Positions 27,028 through 36,294 of a DNA stretch of 64,000 bases are shown piece by piece. Position 1 is the stretch's first letter, and the number at the start of each line of letters is the position of its first letter. Both the position numbers and the translations under genes were made by a program. Source of the stretch: a virus; IMG/VR virus record IMGVR_UViG_3300037852_000046, positions 1-64,000 of that record; one strand, 5' to 3'. Below the pieces are notes generated by a model. The model searched no databases. It had not been told where the DNA came from and saw only the letters and a list, made by a program, of their open reading frames with translations.

Positions 27028-27615
27028 TTACGCCAGATCGTCTTCCGCATCGACAACATCAAATCCGTCATCCGTAGCGCGCGACGCGCCGCCGAAGCTG
27101 TCACCGTGGTCCCGGAACTGTACGCCGAGCAGCCCGCAGCGCATGCCACTATACGTGCCTGACTGAGCCCACATTTCCACCTTGGCGTTGACGTAGCACC
27201 CGGCGTAGATCACGCCCTCCTTGCCGGTCAACTTTTGAGCCTTGCCGGTTTCCGGATCCTTGAACTTGTGCAGAAAGATCGGCGCGCCGTCCTTCTGCTT
27301 GCGCACTGCCGACAGCGCATAGCGGTTCTCGAACCCTTCATACACTTCGCCCGTCTTGTCTTTCTTGTTTTTCATGTATGAGAACTTGTTCTTGTTCCCT
27401 CGCATGTCTTCAAGAAAAGCATCGGCCTTCTTCCCCCACAAGGCGACTGCCTCTTTCTGGATTGCGTCCTGAATCGCAGCGTCGTTTGCGCTACCCGGCT
27501 CCACGATGAACGCGGCAGTGTGGCGGAAATCGCCTTGGCCTTCATACTGCGCGGGCTCGAAAAGATCATCGATAAACGCGATGCGGACATTCTTCAATTG
27601 CACGATGGTACCCAT
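27028..27615 (-). CDS. ssDNA-binding protein (DUF2815, T7 gp2.5-like)
   Basis: IYAGCYVNA, LLGVQF..GDSFGG, acidic C-terminal tail. Confidence 0.88.
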   Translation of the reverse strand: MGTIVQLKNVRIAFIDDLFEPAQYEGQGDFRHTAAFIVEPGSANDAAIQDAIQKEAVALWGKKADAFLEDMRGNKNKFSYMKNKKDKTGEVYEGFENRYALSAVRKQKDGAPIFLHKFKDPETGKAQKLTGKEGVIYAGCYVNAKVEMWAQSGTYSGMRCGLLGVQFRDHGDSFGGASRATDDGFDVVDAEDDLA

Positions 27616-27628
27616 TTTCTACATCTCC

Positions 27629-28867
27629 TTAACAAAGGTCTTCGGCTTCAAAGCCGTCTTCCAAGGGTTTGACTTCAATAGCCGGACGCTTGTCCGATTC
27701 GTGGACTACATGCGGCTTTCCTTCAGCCTGAATCACCAAAGCCTCAATCTGTTTCAGGCGTCGCGGTTGATCCTTCAGCGCTTCAAGGATAGGCTTGGGG
27801 CCGAGCAGTTTGAAGCTGTACATATGGTCCTGTTTCATCTTGAACTTCTTCATGAGGCTTTCCGCTTCCTCATCCGACGCCCATTGCCGGTTACCGCGCT
27901 TGCCTGCCACAACCTTGACGCCCGGTACGGTCTTGCCTGCGAACACTTCCAGTTCGATACGCGCGCGTACAGCCTTGATCCAGTCTTCGACCATCTCCAG
28001 CCTGGCGAACTTCTGCCCGAGTGACTCGACGCGGATCAGTTCAATGTTGTCGATGACTGGATCTTCAGCTTCGAAATCCGCGCCTGTCACTTCCTCTACT
28101 GCTTTCAGCAATGCAGGGCAGACCGCCTTCGCCTTGCACCACTGGCAGGTCTTCTCCGACGGCGCAAAGTCCGATTCCTTCAGCGCGCGTTTATCCACCA
28201 TCTTGTGAATCAAAATTGCCTTCTGCGCTGCCGGAGTCGCGTACGCATGCGCCCATCCAGTAATGAAGTCAGGCGTCGTAAACCATTCTTTCGATGCGGA
28301 AGAGCGAAGCGGCTGCTCAATGATCAGGTTCACATGCGTGAACTCTTCCGTAAGCCCGAACTTCTCAAGCGCTCCGGAACCGTACATAAGCAGCTGCGGA
28401 TTCTCTTCGACTTCGACTTCGGAGTATCCGAATTTCGCATCGACTACATCAAGCACAGAATGACCATCAGGATAGCTAACGACAAGCACGATATCCCCGC
28501 GTCCAGTAGCACCCTCCTCGCCCGTGATGTGCTCAATCGGGAGATCCTGCTCCACTTCGACAGTAACGTGACAGCCGAGCAGAATGTAACTACGAATACG
28601 CTCGCGTACGTTATCAATAACAGTCTGTACGTCGGCGGCTAACTCCCGGTTGACGGTATGTCCTTTCTTCAGGATATGACCTTCATACTTCATCGCATCG
28701 TTTCCGAAGGCCATGCACAAGGTCAGCAATTCGTGCTTGTCCGTTCCGAGATCCGCAGCCTTCGTATCGCCTTCCGGCTGGCCGATCTCCATGGCGAGCG
28801 AGTTTGCGCAATACAGCCAGCGGTGCGCGCTCGACGGGCTGGCTAGGGCGTGGTATTCCTCACTCAT
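27629..28867 (-). CDS. DUF2800 Cas4-like/PD-(D/E)xK exonuclease
   Basis: HA..SPSSAHRW..C, GTxxHE, DAKFG, NPQLLMY, CQWCKAKAVC. Confidence 0.88.
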   Translation of the reverse strand: MSEEYHALASPSSAHRWLYCANSLAMEIGQPEGDTKAADLGTDKHELLTLCMAFGNDAMKYEGHILKKGHTVNRELAADVQTVIDNVRERIRSYILLGCHVTVEVEQDLPIEHITGEEGATGRGDIVLVVSYPDGHSVLDVVDAKFGYSEVEVEENPQLLMYGSGALEKFGLTEEFTHVNLIIEQPLRSSASKEWFTTPDFITGWAHAYATPAAQKAILIHKMVDKRALKESDFAPSEKTCQWCKAKAVCPALLKAVEEVTGADFEAEDPVIDNIELIRVESLGQKFARLEMVEDWIKAVRARIELEVFAGKTVPGVKVVAGKRGNRQWASDEEAESLMKKFKMKQDHMYSFKLLGPKPILEALKDQPRRLKQIEALVIQAEGKPHVVHESDKRPAIEVKPLEDGFEAEDLC

Positions 28868-28968
28868 TTGCTTAACCCCCACGCGATGGCAAACAGGACA
28901 ACGGAACAACACATAAAAGTCATCCCTGCTGAAACGCAAACAAAGATTCCTAGGAGGTCATGCTTCAT
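28864..28968 (-). CDS. 34-aa single-TM peptide (MKHDLLGIFVCVSAGMTFMCCSVVLFAIAWGLSK)
   Basis: GGAGG RBS; ATGA overlap with the exonuclease start. Confidence 0.6.
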   Translation of the reverse strand: MKHDLLGIFVCVSAGMTFMCCSVVLFAIAWGLSK

Positions 28969-29386
28969 GTGGAGCCTCCGGATCGACTTCGCGGTTCGCA
29001 ACGCGTGTCAAGTAAGTCACGGCTTCCGGCCACTGAGTTTCGGTCAGTTCCTTGCCGTGCTTCACGCCGAGACGCGCGAGCGCTGCCTTCGCTTTCGCCA
29101 GATCGGTCTTTGCGATCTGCGTCACCAGCTTGGCGACGTCGCTATAGGCAACCGGCTTTGATTCTTCTGCGGAAGTCTGCGAAGTGCTGGTAGTGGTCGG
29201 TGAGGGTTCGTTTGGGAGGTCTTCGACCTTCATCGAAGCCGTAGCGAGCGGCGCACCTTTCAATTCGTGGACGATCGAATCTGGCCTTGGCGCTTGCATA
29301 CCGCTGTTCGGCTCAAAACGATCCACAAGCACCTTGATCAAGCCTTCAACGGCTTGCGTCAACTCTTCAATACGTGTTTCAAGCAT
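28958..29386 (-). CDS. Hypothetical protein typical of the gene upstream of DUF2800
   Basis: N-terminal coiled coil, linker, C-terminal LARLGVKHGKEL domain; AAGGAG RBS. Confidence 0.75.
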   Translation of the reverse strand: MLETRIEELTQAVEGLIKVLVDRFEPNSGMQAPRPDSIVHELKGAPLATASMKVEDLPNEPSPTTTSTSQTSAEESKPVAYSDVAKLVTQIAKTDLAKAKAALARLGVKHGKELTETQWPEAVTYLTRVANREVDPEAPHEA

Positions 29387-29423
29387 TCTTCATCTCCTTC
29401 GGTTGATGGGTAACGCAGACCAG

Positions 29424-29452
29424 AATTTAGGCGCTAAAATTCCCCTTGTCAA
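29424..29452 (-). promoter_or_regulatory. Sigma70 promoter of the replication operon
   Basis: TTGACA-17 bp-TAAATT with an imperfect palindrome overlapping the -10. Confidence 0.75.
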
Positions 29453-29459
29453 GACATAT

Positions 29460-29488
29460 TTTACGGATAAATTTTCTCTTGCTATACT
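29460..29488 (+). promoter_or_regulatory. Promoter for the HNH gene
   Basis: TTTACG-17 bp-TATACT with TG extension. Confidence 0.6.
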
Positions 29489-29513
29489 TTCGGCACTTGA
29501 AAGGACACTGAGC

Positions 29514-29975
29514 ATGGAATACTCCGACGAAGAACTAGCAGCTTTGGATGCCTACTACGAAAGCGTGAAGGAAAATTTTGAGCGCAAAGTTCGCACCTAT
29601 CAGAGCGAATACGCCAAATCTCCTGCTGGACGACTCGCCGCGAAGCGCTACAGGGAAAGTAACCGCGAAAAATTGACTGCCTACCATGTGGGGTATCAAG
29701 CGGCACATCGCGGGGCGATCAACGCACGCGCCAACAAACGCAACGCTACAAAGATCAAAGCTACGCCGTCTTGGGCAGATCTCAAAGCCATAAAAGAAAT
29801 CTATGAACTGGCGGTTTTTCTTAGCGAGACGTTAGGAGAGCCTTATCACGTGGACCACATCGTGCCATTGAGGTCAAAGCTGGTATGCGGTTTGCACTGG
29901 GAGCAGAATTTACAAGTTCTGCCCTGGTTAGAGAACATCCAGAAATCCAACAAAACATGGCCTGACATGCCTTAG
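29514..29975 (+). CDS. Free-standing HNH endonuclease
   Basis: ATPSWAD...YHVDHIVPL...VCGLH..NL...N..KSN. Confidence 0.88.
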   Translation: MEYSDEELAALDAYYESVKENFERKVRTYQSEYAKSPAGRLAAKRYRESNREKLTAYHVGYQAAHRGAINARANKRNATKIKATPSWADLKAIKEIYELAVFLSETLGEPYHVDHIVPLRSKLVCGLHWEQNLQVLPWLENIQKSNKTWPDMP

Positions 29976-29978
29976 CAC

Positions 29979-30007
29979 TTGCGAACTGAGTTTGCATTTG
30001 CTATAGT
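29979..30007 (+). promoter_or_regulatory. Sigma70 promoter with partial operator
   Basis: TTGCGA-17 bp-TATAGT; GCATTTGCTATA. Confidence 0.7.
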
Positions 30008-30034
30008 CCAGTCACCATCAACGAAGGAGAAATC

Positions 30035-30792
<758 letters not shown>

Positions 30793-30793
<1 letters not shown>

Positions 30794-31077
30794 TGTCGAT
30801 TGGAAAATTCAAGCAGTGGCTGGCGGAATCGACTCCCGCTGAGAAACGGGAGCTTGCGATTAAAGCATCCACGTCCGTCAGTACGCTCTGGCAGATTTCC
30901 TACGAGGTGCGCGGCAACGGTAAACCGTTCAACGCATCTTCGGAACTCGCAGGGCGTATCGAGCGGGCAATCACATCGATCAACAAGCGCCGTCGTCATG
31001 CCCCGCTTCCTGAAGTGCGGAAGGGGGACATCTCGAAGGATTGCGCGAAGTGCCGTTTCTACAAGGAATGCGAATAA
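30793..31077 (+). CDS. Cro-like HTH protein with C-terminal Cys cluster
   Basis: RELAIKASTSVSTLWQI...ASSELAGRIE; CAKCRFYKEC. Confidence 0.6.
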
Positions 31078-31166
31078 TGAAACTCGGTTTAGTTATTGGT
31101 GTATTTGGCGTAATCGTAGGTATCTTTATCTTTTTTCTCTATCTGGTTTTTTTTGCGGACTACTGA
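31077..31166 (+). CDS. 29-aa single-TM peptide (MKLGLVIGVFGVIVGIFIFFLYLVFFADY)
   Basis: TAATG coupling; AT-rich. Confidence 0.55.
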   Translation: MKLGLVIGVFGVIVGIFIFFLYLVFFADY

Positions 31167-31168
31167 AA

Positions 31169-31432
31169 ATGGTACCTCTTGTAGATTTTGCGGTACGTCT
31201 GGTGCAGCTCAAGAATGAAGGGAAGTGGAGCCAGAAGGATCTTGCGGAAAAGATCCGCGTTAACCCGGCCACGTTGTCGAACTATGAACACCGGCATTTC
31301 GTCCCGGATCTGTGGACGCTGCTTGAGATCGCAAAGGTGTTTGACGTGTCGCTCGACTATCTTTGCGGTTTGTCAGAAGTGCGCAAACCGGTGGTGAACA
31401 TGCTGCTCAAGGACTGGAAGGAAAGACAATGA
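31169..31432 (+). CDS. XRE-family HTH regulator
   Basis: SQKDLAEKI.V...TLSNYE....PD...L..IAKVFDVSLDYLCG. Confidence 0.88.
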   Translation: MVPLVDFAVRLVQLKNEGKWSQKDLAEKIRVNPATLSNYEHRHFVPDLWTLLEIAKVFDVSLDYLCGLSEVRKPVVNMLLKDWKERQ

Positions 31433-32076
31433 AACTCGCTGCCCTGCTTATCGCTTTACCCATCGTCGCGCACGCTCAATCTTTCTTCCAGATGGAAGCC
31501 GGTCTTGGCGTCACGCACTACCAGACAGAGAATGGACGCTGGTATCAGAACGGCCAGCCGGATAACCGCGTCACGTCAACCGTGCCAGCGTTCACGCTGG
31601 GGCTGACCGGGCCTGTCGTCACGCTCGGCGCGTGGGGCGTTGACTGGCATGCGGATTACGTGAACCTTGGGCGCGCTGCGGCTTCCTGCCAGTGTGATAC
31701 GAGCGATGCAGACTACGCAGCGCATACCACGAAGCACACGGCGTTCTACAGCGGTTCCGGCCGCGCGCAGGGCGTCGCGTTGACCCTGGAACCCTACCGG
31801 TACTACGCGGGACTGCGATGGGCTGCGGAGGCCGGTGCTTACGTCTACCACTCCAGCTGGAACGAGTCGGTAACCGGCTGGACGGCAGGCGGGCCGCCGG
31901 TCGACCTGTCACTATCCGAAAGCCGGTGGAGCGTAGCGCCAGTCGCGGGCCTGTCAGTCGGTAACGGCAAATGGACTGCCGGATACCGGCATTACTTCAT
32001 GCGTTATCGCAAGGCGGAGAACGTTCCGCCTTTGTGGAACGATGCTGACGTTTTGATGTTCACGAAGAGATTCTGA
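31429..32076 (+). CDS. Outer-membrane beta-barrel protein with signal peptide
   Basis: Sec signal ending AHA; alternating amphipathic strands; terminal Phe (..MFTKRF). Confidence 0.7.
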   Translation: MKLAALLIALPIVAHAQSFFQMEAGLGVTHYQTENGRWYQNGQPDNRVTSTVPAFTLGLTGPVVTLGAWGVDWHADYVNLGRAAASCQCDTSDADYAAHTTKHTAFYSGSGRAQGVALTLEPYRYYAGLRWAAEAGAYVYHSSWNESVTGWTAGGPPVDLSLSESRWSVAPVAGLSVGNGKWTAGYRHYFMRYRKAENVPPLWNDADVLMFTKRF

Positions 32077-32150
32077 TGACCGGAATATACTGGCTGGACT
32101 GGTTGATGACGTGGATCGAAGCCATCATCAACGCTTTGGGAGACGGGTAA

Positions 32151-32288
32151 ATGCTCATCGGTGTTTTCATCTGGTTTTTCGGATTGCTGTCGGCGGTCCC
32201 CTCATGGGTATGGGTCGTTTCCTTCGTCCTGTGCTGCATCGCATCTGTCGTCGGGCTGTTTGCGATCGCGAAAAGCATGCTAGACTGA
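32151..32288 (+). CDS. 45-aa hydrophobic membrane protein
   Basis: GGAG RBS; MLIGVFIWFFGLLSAVPSWVWVVSFVLCC... Confidence 0.55.
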   Translation: MLIGVFIWFFGLLSAVPSWVWVVSFVLCCIASVVGLFAIAKSMLD

Positions 32289-32312
32289 TCCCGTCTCCTT
32301 CTGTTGTCTTCG

Positions 32313-32336
32313 GCCCGCTTGCCTAGCGGGCTTTTT
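32313..32336 (+). terminator. Intrinsic terminator
   Basis: GCCCGCT-TGCCT-AGCGGGC-TTTTT. Confidence 0.8.
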
Positions 32337-32337
32337 C

Positions 32338-32366
32338 TTGCCTGCTCCAAAAAGACAGAGTATGCT
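32338..32366 (+). promoter_or_regulatory. Promoter for the AlpA/primase operon
   Basis: TTGCCT-17 bp-TATGCT directly after the terminator. Confidence 0.6.
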
Positions 32367-32401
32367 CCTTGAACACCGTTGAACAACCAAGGAGATGTCC
32401 C

Positions 32402-32578
32402 GTGCTGATCCCTATTGCCGATGTTCTGGCGCTTATTCCCGTTTCCCGTGGCACGCTTTACAACCGTATGCAGGAACCTGATTTTCCGAAACCTGTGAAG
32501 ATCGGAGGCCGGATCTTCTGGAAGTCCGAAGAGATCCAGGCATACATCGATTCGAAGCAGGTCAAAGCGGAGGCGTAA
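32402..32578 (+). CDS. AlpA/excisionase-like HTH protein
   Basis: VSRGTLYN....FPKPVKIG....WKSEEIQAYI. Confidence 0.85.
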   Translation: MLIPIADVLALIPVSRGTLYNRMQEPDFPKPVKIGGRIFWKSEEIQAYIDSKQVKAEA

Positions 32579-34596
32579 TGCCGCAATTCCTGAAAGACTA
32601 CGGCGAGCGGCTCGTCGAGCTCGGGTATACCGTCCTGCCGATCCGGCCGGGAACCAAACGTCCGGACCTGAAGAACTGGCCGCACCACGCTACCGCTGCC
32701 GACGACGTGCGCGCCTGGTACAGCAATGGGCGGGCAGGCCACGGGGTCGGCATCAATGCGCGCAACACCCCGGCCATCGATGTTGACGTAATGGACCGGG
32801 AAATTGCGGACGCGATGTCAGACGCCATCGACCGGATCTTCCCGGGCGTGGCGCTGCTCACGCGCACGGGCCTCGCTCCGAAGTTCCTGATTCCGTTCCG
32901 GAGCGACGAACCGTTCCGCAAGATCACCAGTTCTGTCTACACGGATGGTACAAATGAACACAAGGTCGAAATCCTCGGCGACGGTCAGCAATGGGTTGCC
33001 TATCACGTCCACCCTGACACTGGAAAACCGTACGCGTGGTGGGATGGATTGGGAGCCGGTGGAATTGTTGACATGGAGCATGAAGCACTACCCGTTTTGG
33101 GAAGAGAAGACGCTCAACGCGTTCTTGACGCATTCGAGGTACTTGCGCACGCTCGGATGTCTTCAGGCCAATGGCGAGCCGTTACGCGCGCGTCAGAGGC
33201 AAAAGATCGATCATCCGATGCCGATCCCTTTGCGGAGTACGCTCAACCCGTAACCGATCTCACACGTAGCCAGATCGAAACCCTGATCCACAAACTGGAC
33301 TGGGATTCGCGCGACGACTGGGTGCGCGCGGGCCGGATACTGCACCACCAGTACAGCGGTGGTGAAGAAGGTTTCGAGATCTGGAACGCATGGGCAACGA
33401 ACTCCAGCAAGTGGCAGGCCGAGACGGAAGCTGCGGTTTGGGAGTCGTTCGGGCGTCGCCACGACGCGCCAGAAACGATTCGCGCTCTCATCAAGGATTT
33501 CGGGCAACCGCCGGCAGAAGAGCACAAACCCGCGCCGCCGCATCCGCAAGCCACCAAAGAAGATCCTGTGCCTTTCAGCGAGGGTTCGCAGTTCGCAATC
33601 GGCTTTGAGGATATCGACTGGCTGATTGAGGACGTGGTGCCGCGTGCGCAGGTTGGCGTCATCTACGGTGCATCCGGTTCCGGAAAGACCTTCTTCGCCC
33701 TCGATATGGCCTGCGCCGTCCAGAGGGGCGGTGTGTGGCGTATGAAGCATATCGAGCAGGCGGATACCTTCTACGTCGCGGCGGAGGCGGGCAACGGCAT
33801 CAAAAAGCGCATCGCGGCCTATCTCCAGTTTCACGGTGCAGGTCCCATGCCGTGGTTCGTTGATTATCAGCCGAACCTTGCGACCCTCGAATCAGTTCAC
33901 GCTATCTCAACCTCCATCAAACTCCGGTCGCAGAACGCCGGCCTGATCTTCCTGGACACGCTCTCCCTGTCGCATGACGGCGACGAGAACAGTAGCAAAG
34001 ACATGTCCTTGGTCCTGCGCCACTGCAAGATTCTGTCTGATGATACGGGAGCGCTCGTAGTTCTCGTACACCACACGGGCAAGGATGAGTCGAAAGGCAT
34101 GCGGGGGTCCAGTTCACTTTACGCTGGCGCGGATTTCGTGCTCGAAGTCGTGTCGAAAGACAAAGACCGCACGATGATCGTTGACAAGCTCAAAGACGGC
34201 GAGCGCGGCGCGAAGTTCGGGTTTTCCCTTCAGTCGGTCGAGGTCGGCACCACGCCGCGCGGCAAGGTCATTACGTCTTGCTACGTCAGGGAGGAAGTGA
34301 AAACCATCTCGAAAGCGGAAGGCAAGCCTCTTACCAACGAGCAACAGATTTTCATCTTTGAAGTATTTCGCGAGTCTCTGGGCATGGCAACCGAGATGAC
34401 GGAAACGGAACTCGTTGATGCGGTCAAGGCGAAACAGAAGGCGAACGATAACGTTCCGTCGCAGGGGCAGAGCATCCGGAAAAGCATCGCAAAGATCGTA
34501 ATCGCAGGCCATATTTGTAAGGAAGGTGAAAGACTTAGCCTACCTCATTCGGGGTCATTCGGGGTCATTCGGGGTCATCCGAATGAGGGTGAATGA
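32578..34596 (+). CDS. Prim-Pol + PriCT-2 + AAA_25 primase-helicase
   Basis: KRP, IDVD, WVRAG..LHH, GASGSGKT, FLDT, VHHTGK, RGSS motifs. Confidence 0.9.
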   Translation: MPQFLKDYGERLVELGYTVLPIRPGTKRPDLKNWPHHATAADDVRAWYSNGRAGHGVGINARNTPAIDVDVMDREIADAMSDAIDRIFPGVALLTRTGLAPKFLIPFRSDEPFRKITSSVYTDGTNEHKVEILGDGQQWVAYHVHPDTGKPYAWWDGLGAGGIVDMEHEALPVLGREDAQRVLDAFEVLAHARMSSGQWRAVTRASEAKDRSSDADPFAEYAQPVTDLTRSQIETLIHKLDWDSRDDWVRAGRILHHQYSGGEEGFEIWNAWATNSSKWQAETEAAVWESFGRRHDAPETIRALIKDFGQPPAEEHKPAPPHPQATKEDPVPFSEGSQFAIGFEDIDWLIEDVVPRAQVGVIYGASGSGKTFFALDMACAVQRGGVWRMKHIEQADTFYVAAEAGNGIKKRIAAYLQFHGAGPMPWFVDYQPNLATLESVHAISTSIKLRSQNAGLIFLDTLSLSHDGDENSSKDMSLVLRHCKILSDDTGALVVLVHHTGKDESKGMRGSSSLYAGADFVLEVVSKDKDRTMIVDKLKDGERGAKFGFSLQSVEVGTTPRGKVITSCYVREEVKTISKAEGKPLTNEQQIFIFEVFRESLGMATEMTETELVDAVKAKQKANDNVPSQGQSIRKSIAKIVIAGHICKEGERLSLPHSGSFGVIRGHPNEGE

Positions 34597-34660
34597 AGTC
34601 AGAAGCCTCATTCACCTCATTCGCGCTTTATAAGCGAATGAGTGAATGAGCTGAATGAGG
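34544..34660. promoter_or_regulatory. Candidate replication origin (iterated TCATTC/GAATGA)
   Basis: TCATTCGGGG x3 plus convergent TCATTC/GAATGA copies around CGCTT-TAT-AAGCG, at the 3' end of the primase gene. Confidence 0.65.
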
Positions 34661-34687
34661 TAATTTTTGAAGTGTAAGGAGAATGAA

Positions 34688-34873
34688 ATGTTTATCGCAC
34701 TAACCGCAGCAGAGACGGGCGTAAGGGTTTACGTGAATATGAGTCTCATCAAGCATTTTTGGCGGGCAGCAGGATGGACTGTCATGTATTCGGTAGAGGC
34801 AAAGTTTCCGACAGAGGTTCAGGAAACGCCGGACGAGATCCTGACGCTACTGGCCGGAGACAACGAACGATGA
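34688..34873 (+). CDS. Small hypothetical protein (FlbD-like pattern)
   Basis: AAGGAG RBS; VYVN...I...VQETPDEI. Confidence 0.6.
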   Translation: MFIALTAAETGVRVYVNMSLIKHFWRAAGWTVMYSVEAKFPTEVQETPDEILTLLAGDNER

Positions 34874-35052
34874 AACGCGATTCGGTTTTGTGTGTTGCCT
34901 GCGGCAGGGCCTTCGATGTCGGTTTGCTGGAGCTTGTACGCTGGTCGGGGCCGCTGTGGTGCCAGCCGTGCATCCTGAAGGCGGATGAGGCTTTAAATCA
35001 GGCCGCCCAGCGGGCCGCGAGGGTTGGGGAGGTAGTTGGGGACCAGAAATGA
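34870..35052 (+). CDS. Small zinc-finger protein
   Basis: CVAC...CQPC; ATGA coupled. Confidence 0.6.
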   Translation: MKRDSVLCVACGRAFDVGLLELVRWSGPLWCQPCILKADEALNQAAQRAARVGEVVGDQK

Positions 35053-35079
35053 GAAACGGCCCGTTGTGGACCGCTCTCG

Positions 35080-35262
35080 TCATTGAAGAGGCGCGTAGCC
35101 GAGTTGTATGCCGGGATTCACGTGGAGGAAGTGATCCCGGTTCGTGAACCCCCCGACCGCGGCCAGGTGATCGGCCATTTCCTCCGGAGTAGGCGCACCG
35201 GCGCTGCGGATGTAGCCAAGAGGGTCTTCGGATTCAGGCGACAGGATGACGTAGGTGATCAT
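35080..35262 (-). CDS. Small early protein, 60 aa
   Basis: AGGAGG RBS; ATGA coupling. Confidence 0.65.
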   Translation of the reverse strand: MITYVILSPESEDPLGYIRSAGAPTPEEMADHLAAVGGFTNRDHFLHVNPGIQLGYAPLQ

Positions 35263-35384
35263 GCGTTGAGCCTCCTGACGAAGAGTGAAGCCGCCATTGC
35301 GGCCCGCGTTAAAAGAAGGGAACAACGGCCTTCGCGAACCGTGACCCACCAGATGCCCTCGAATTTGAAGATGTGAGGTTTCAT
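35259..35384 (-). CDS. Small early protein, 41 aa (MKPHIFKFEGIWW...)
   Basis: ATGA overlaps at both ends. Confidence 0.6.
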   Translation of the reverse strand: MKPHIFKFEGIWWVTVREGRCSLLLTRAAMAASLFVRRLNA

Positions 35385-35569
35385 TGCAGGCAGATCCTCG
35401 CATAGTCAACGGTGCGACGCACAACCCAGTGGCGTTTTACCTCCGGGAGCCACGGGTCATAGCACACGCACTCGATGTAGGCGTTGGCAAGGAACGTGAG
35501 CACCACATGGGCGGTGGTGCGTTCCAAGAGCCTGCGCTCCTGTTCGAGCAGCTGCGATTCGGATTTCAT
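35381..35569 (-). CDS. Small early protein, 62 aa
   Basis: GAGG RBS; coupled to the next ORF. Confidence 0.6.
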   Translation of the reverse strand: MKSESQLLEQERRLLERTTAHVVLTFLANAYIECVCYDPWLPEVKRHWVVRRTVDYARICLQ

Positions 35570-35579
35570 GATCAACCTC

Positions 35580-35711
35580 TCAGACAGGACGGATAACGTG
35601 ATTGATGCCAAGTTTAGCCAGACGCAGGGAGGCGCGCTTCGCGGCATTGAAGTTGCGGAACACGTCACGGCATACGGCTTCGTTTGTTGCAGGGTTGACC
35701 AGACGGAACAT
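35580..35711 (-). CDS. Small early protein, 43 aa (MFRLVNPATNEAVC...)
   Basis: GAGGAG RBS directly downstream of the operator-containing promoter. Confidence 0.65.
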   Translation of the reverse strand: MFRLVNPATNEAVCRDVFRNFNAAKRASLRLAKLGINHVIRPV

Positions 35712-35740
35712 GATGTTTTCTCCTCGCTGTTGATGACTTA

Positions 35741-35758
35741 ACTATAGCATTTGCTATA
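35741..35758 (-). promoter_or_regulatory. Extended -10 promoter with palindromic operator
   Basis: TATAGCA-TT-TGCTATA. Confidence 0.7.
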
Positions 35759-35893
35759 CGGAAATTACATTGATTGTCACTATGATCGCGCGTGCGTAAA
35801 TAGGCGGAGGCTTCAGTTCGCCTAGCGAACAATTGTTCGCGTTTTGTGATTTGGTTGCAAAACGGACACCGATGCCCGCCTTCAAAACATCGA

Positions 35894-36147
35894 TAGTGAG
35901 CGCTCACTAACAAGTTCCACGAAAGATGACTGTAAGTTCCACGACAGCTTGTGAACAGGGGTTTGCGGCCTGATAACGCAGATCTGTATATGCACTTTCG
36001 ATTATCCCTTTGCAATCAATGGCTTACGATTTGTTTAAGCGTTCGCCTAATTTGACATAATGGAAAGTATCGATGTTGCACTCAATTCTCATTTAGATTG
36101 GAGGCCGTGGAACCTCACTTTGTAAGTTCCACGAAAGCTTTGTAAAC
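35894..36147. repeat. Repeat cluster in the non-coding region upstream of the packaging genes
   Basis: Palindrome TAGTGAGCGCTCACTA (35894-35909); AAGTTCCACGA at 35912, 35934, 36124; inverted CGTGGAAC at 36106. Confidence 0.75.
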
Positions 36148-36294
36148 TCTGGGAAAGCCGGGGGCGGACGGCGGACGGGTGGCTAATTTTTGGAAACACG
36201 TTTCCCGATCCGCGAATCGAAAAAACATCGATGAAGCCTGAAGCGCAAGCGCGGTGCTAAACTGTCCGCAAATTCCAATCCCCCAGAGGACGCC

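Noticed and set aside
27629-28867. Cas4-like nuclease as part of a CRISPR system
   Set aside because: Standard DUF2800-DUF2815-PolA phage replication context; no cas genes or array.
31130-31156. T6/T8 runs as a phase-variation or frameshift switch upstream of the XRE gene
   Set aside because: Explained by Phe codons of a TM peptide; no second copy or read data to support switching.
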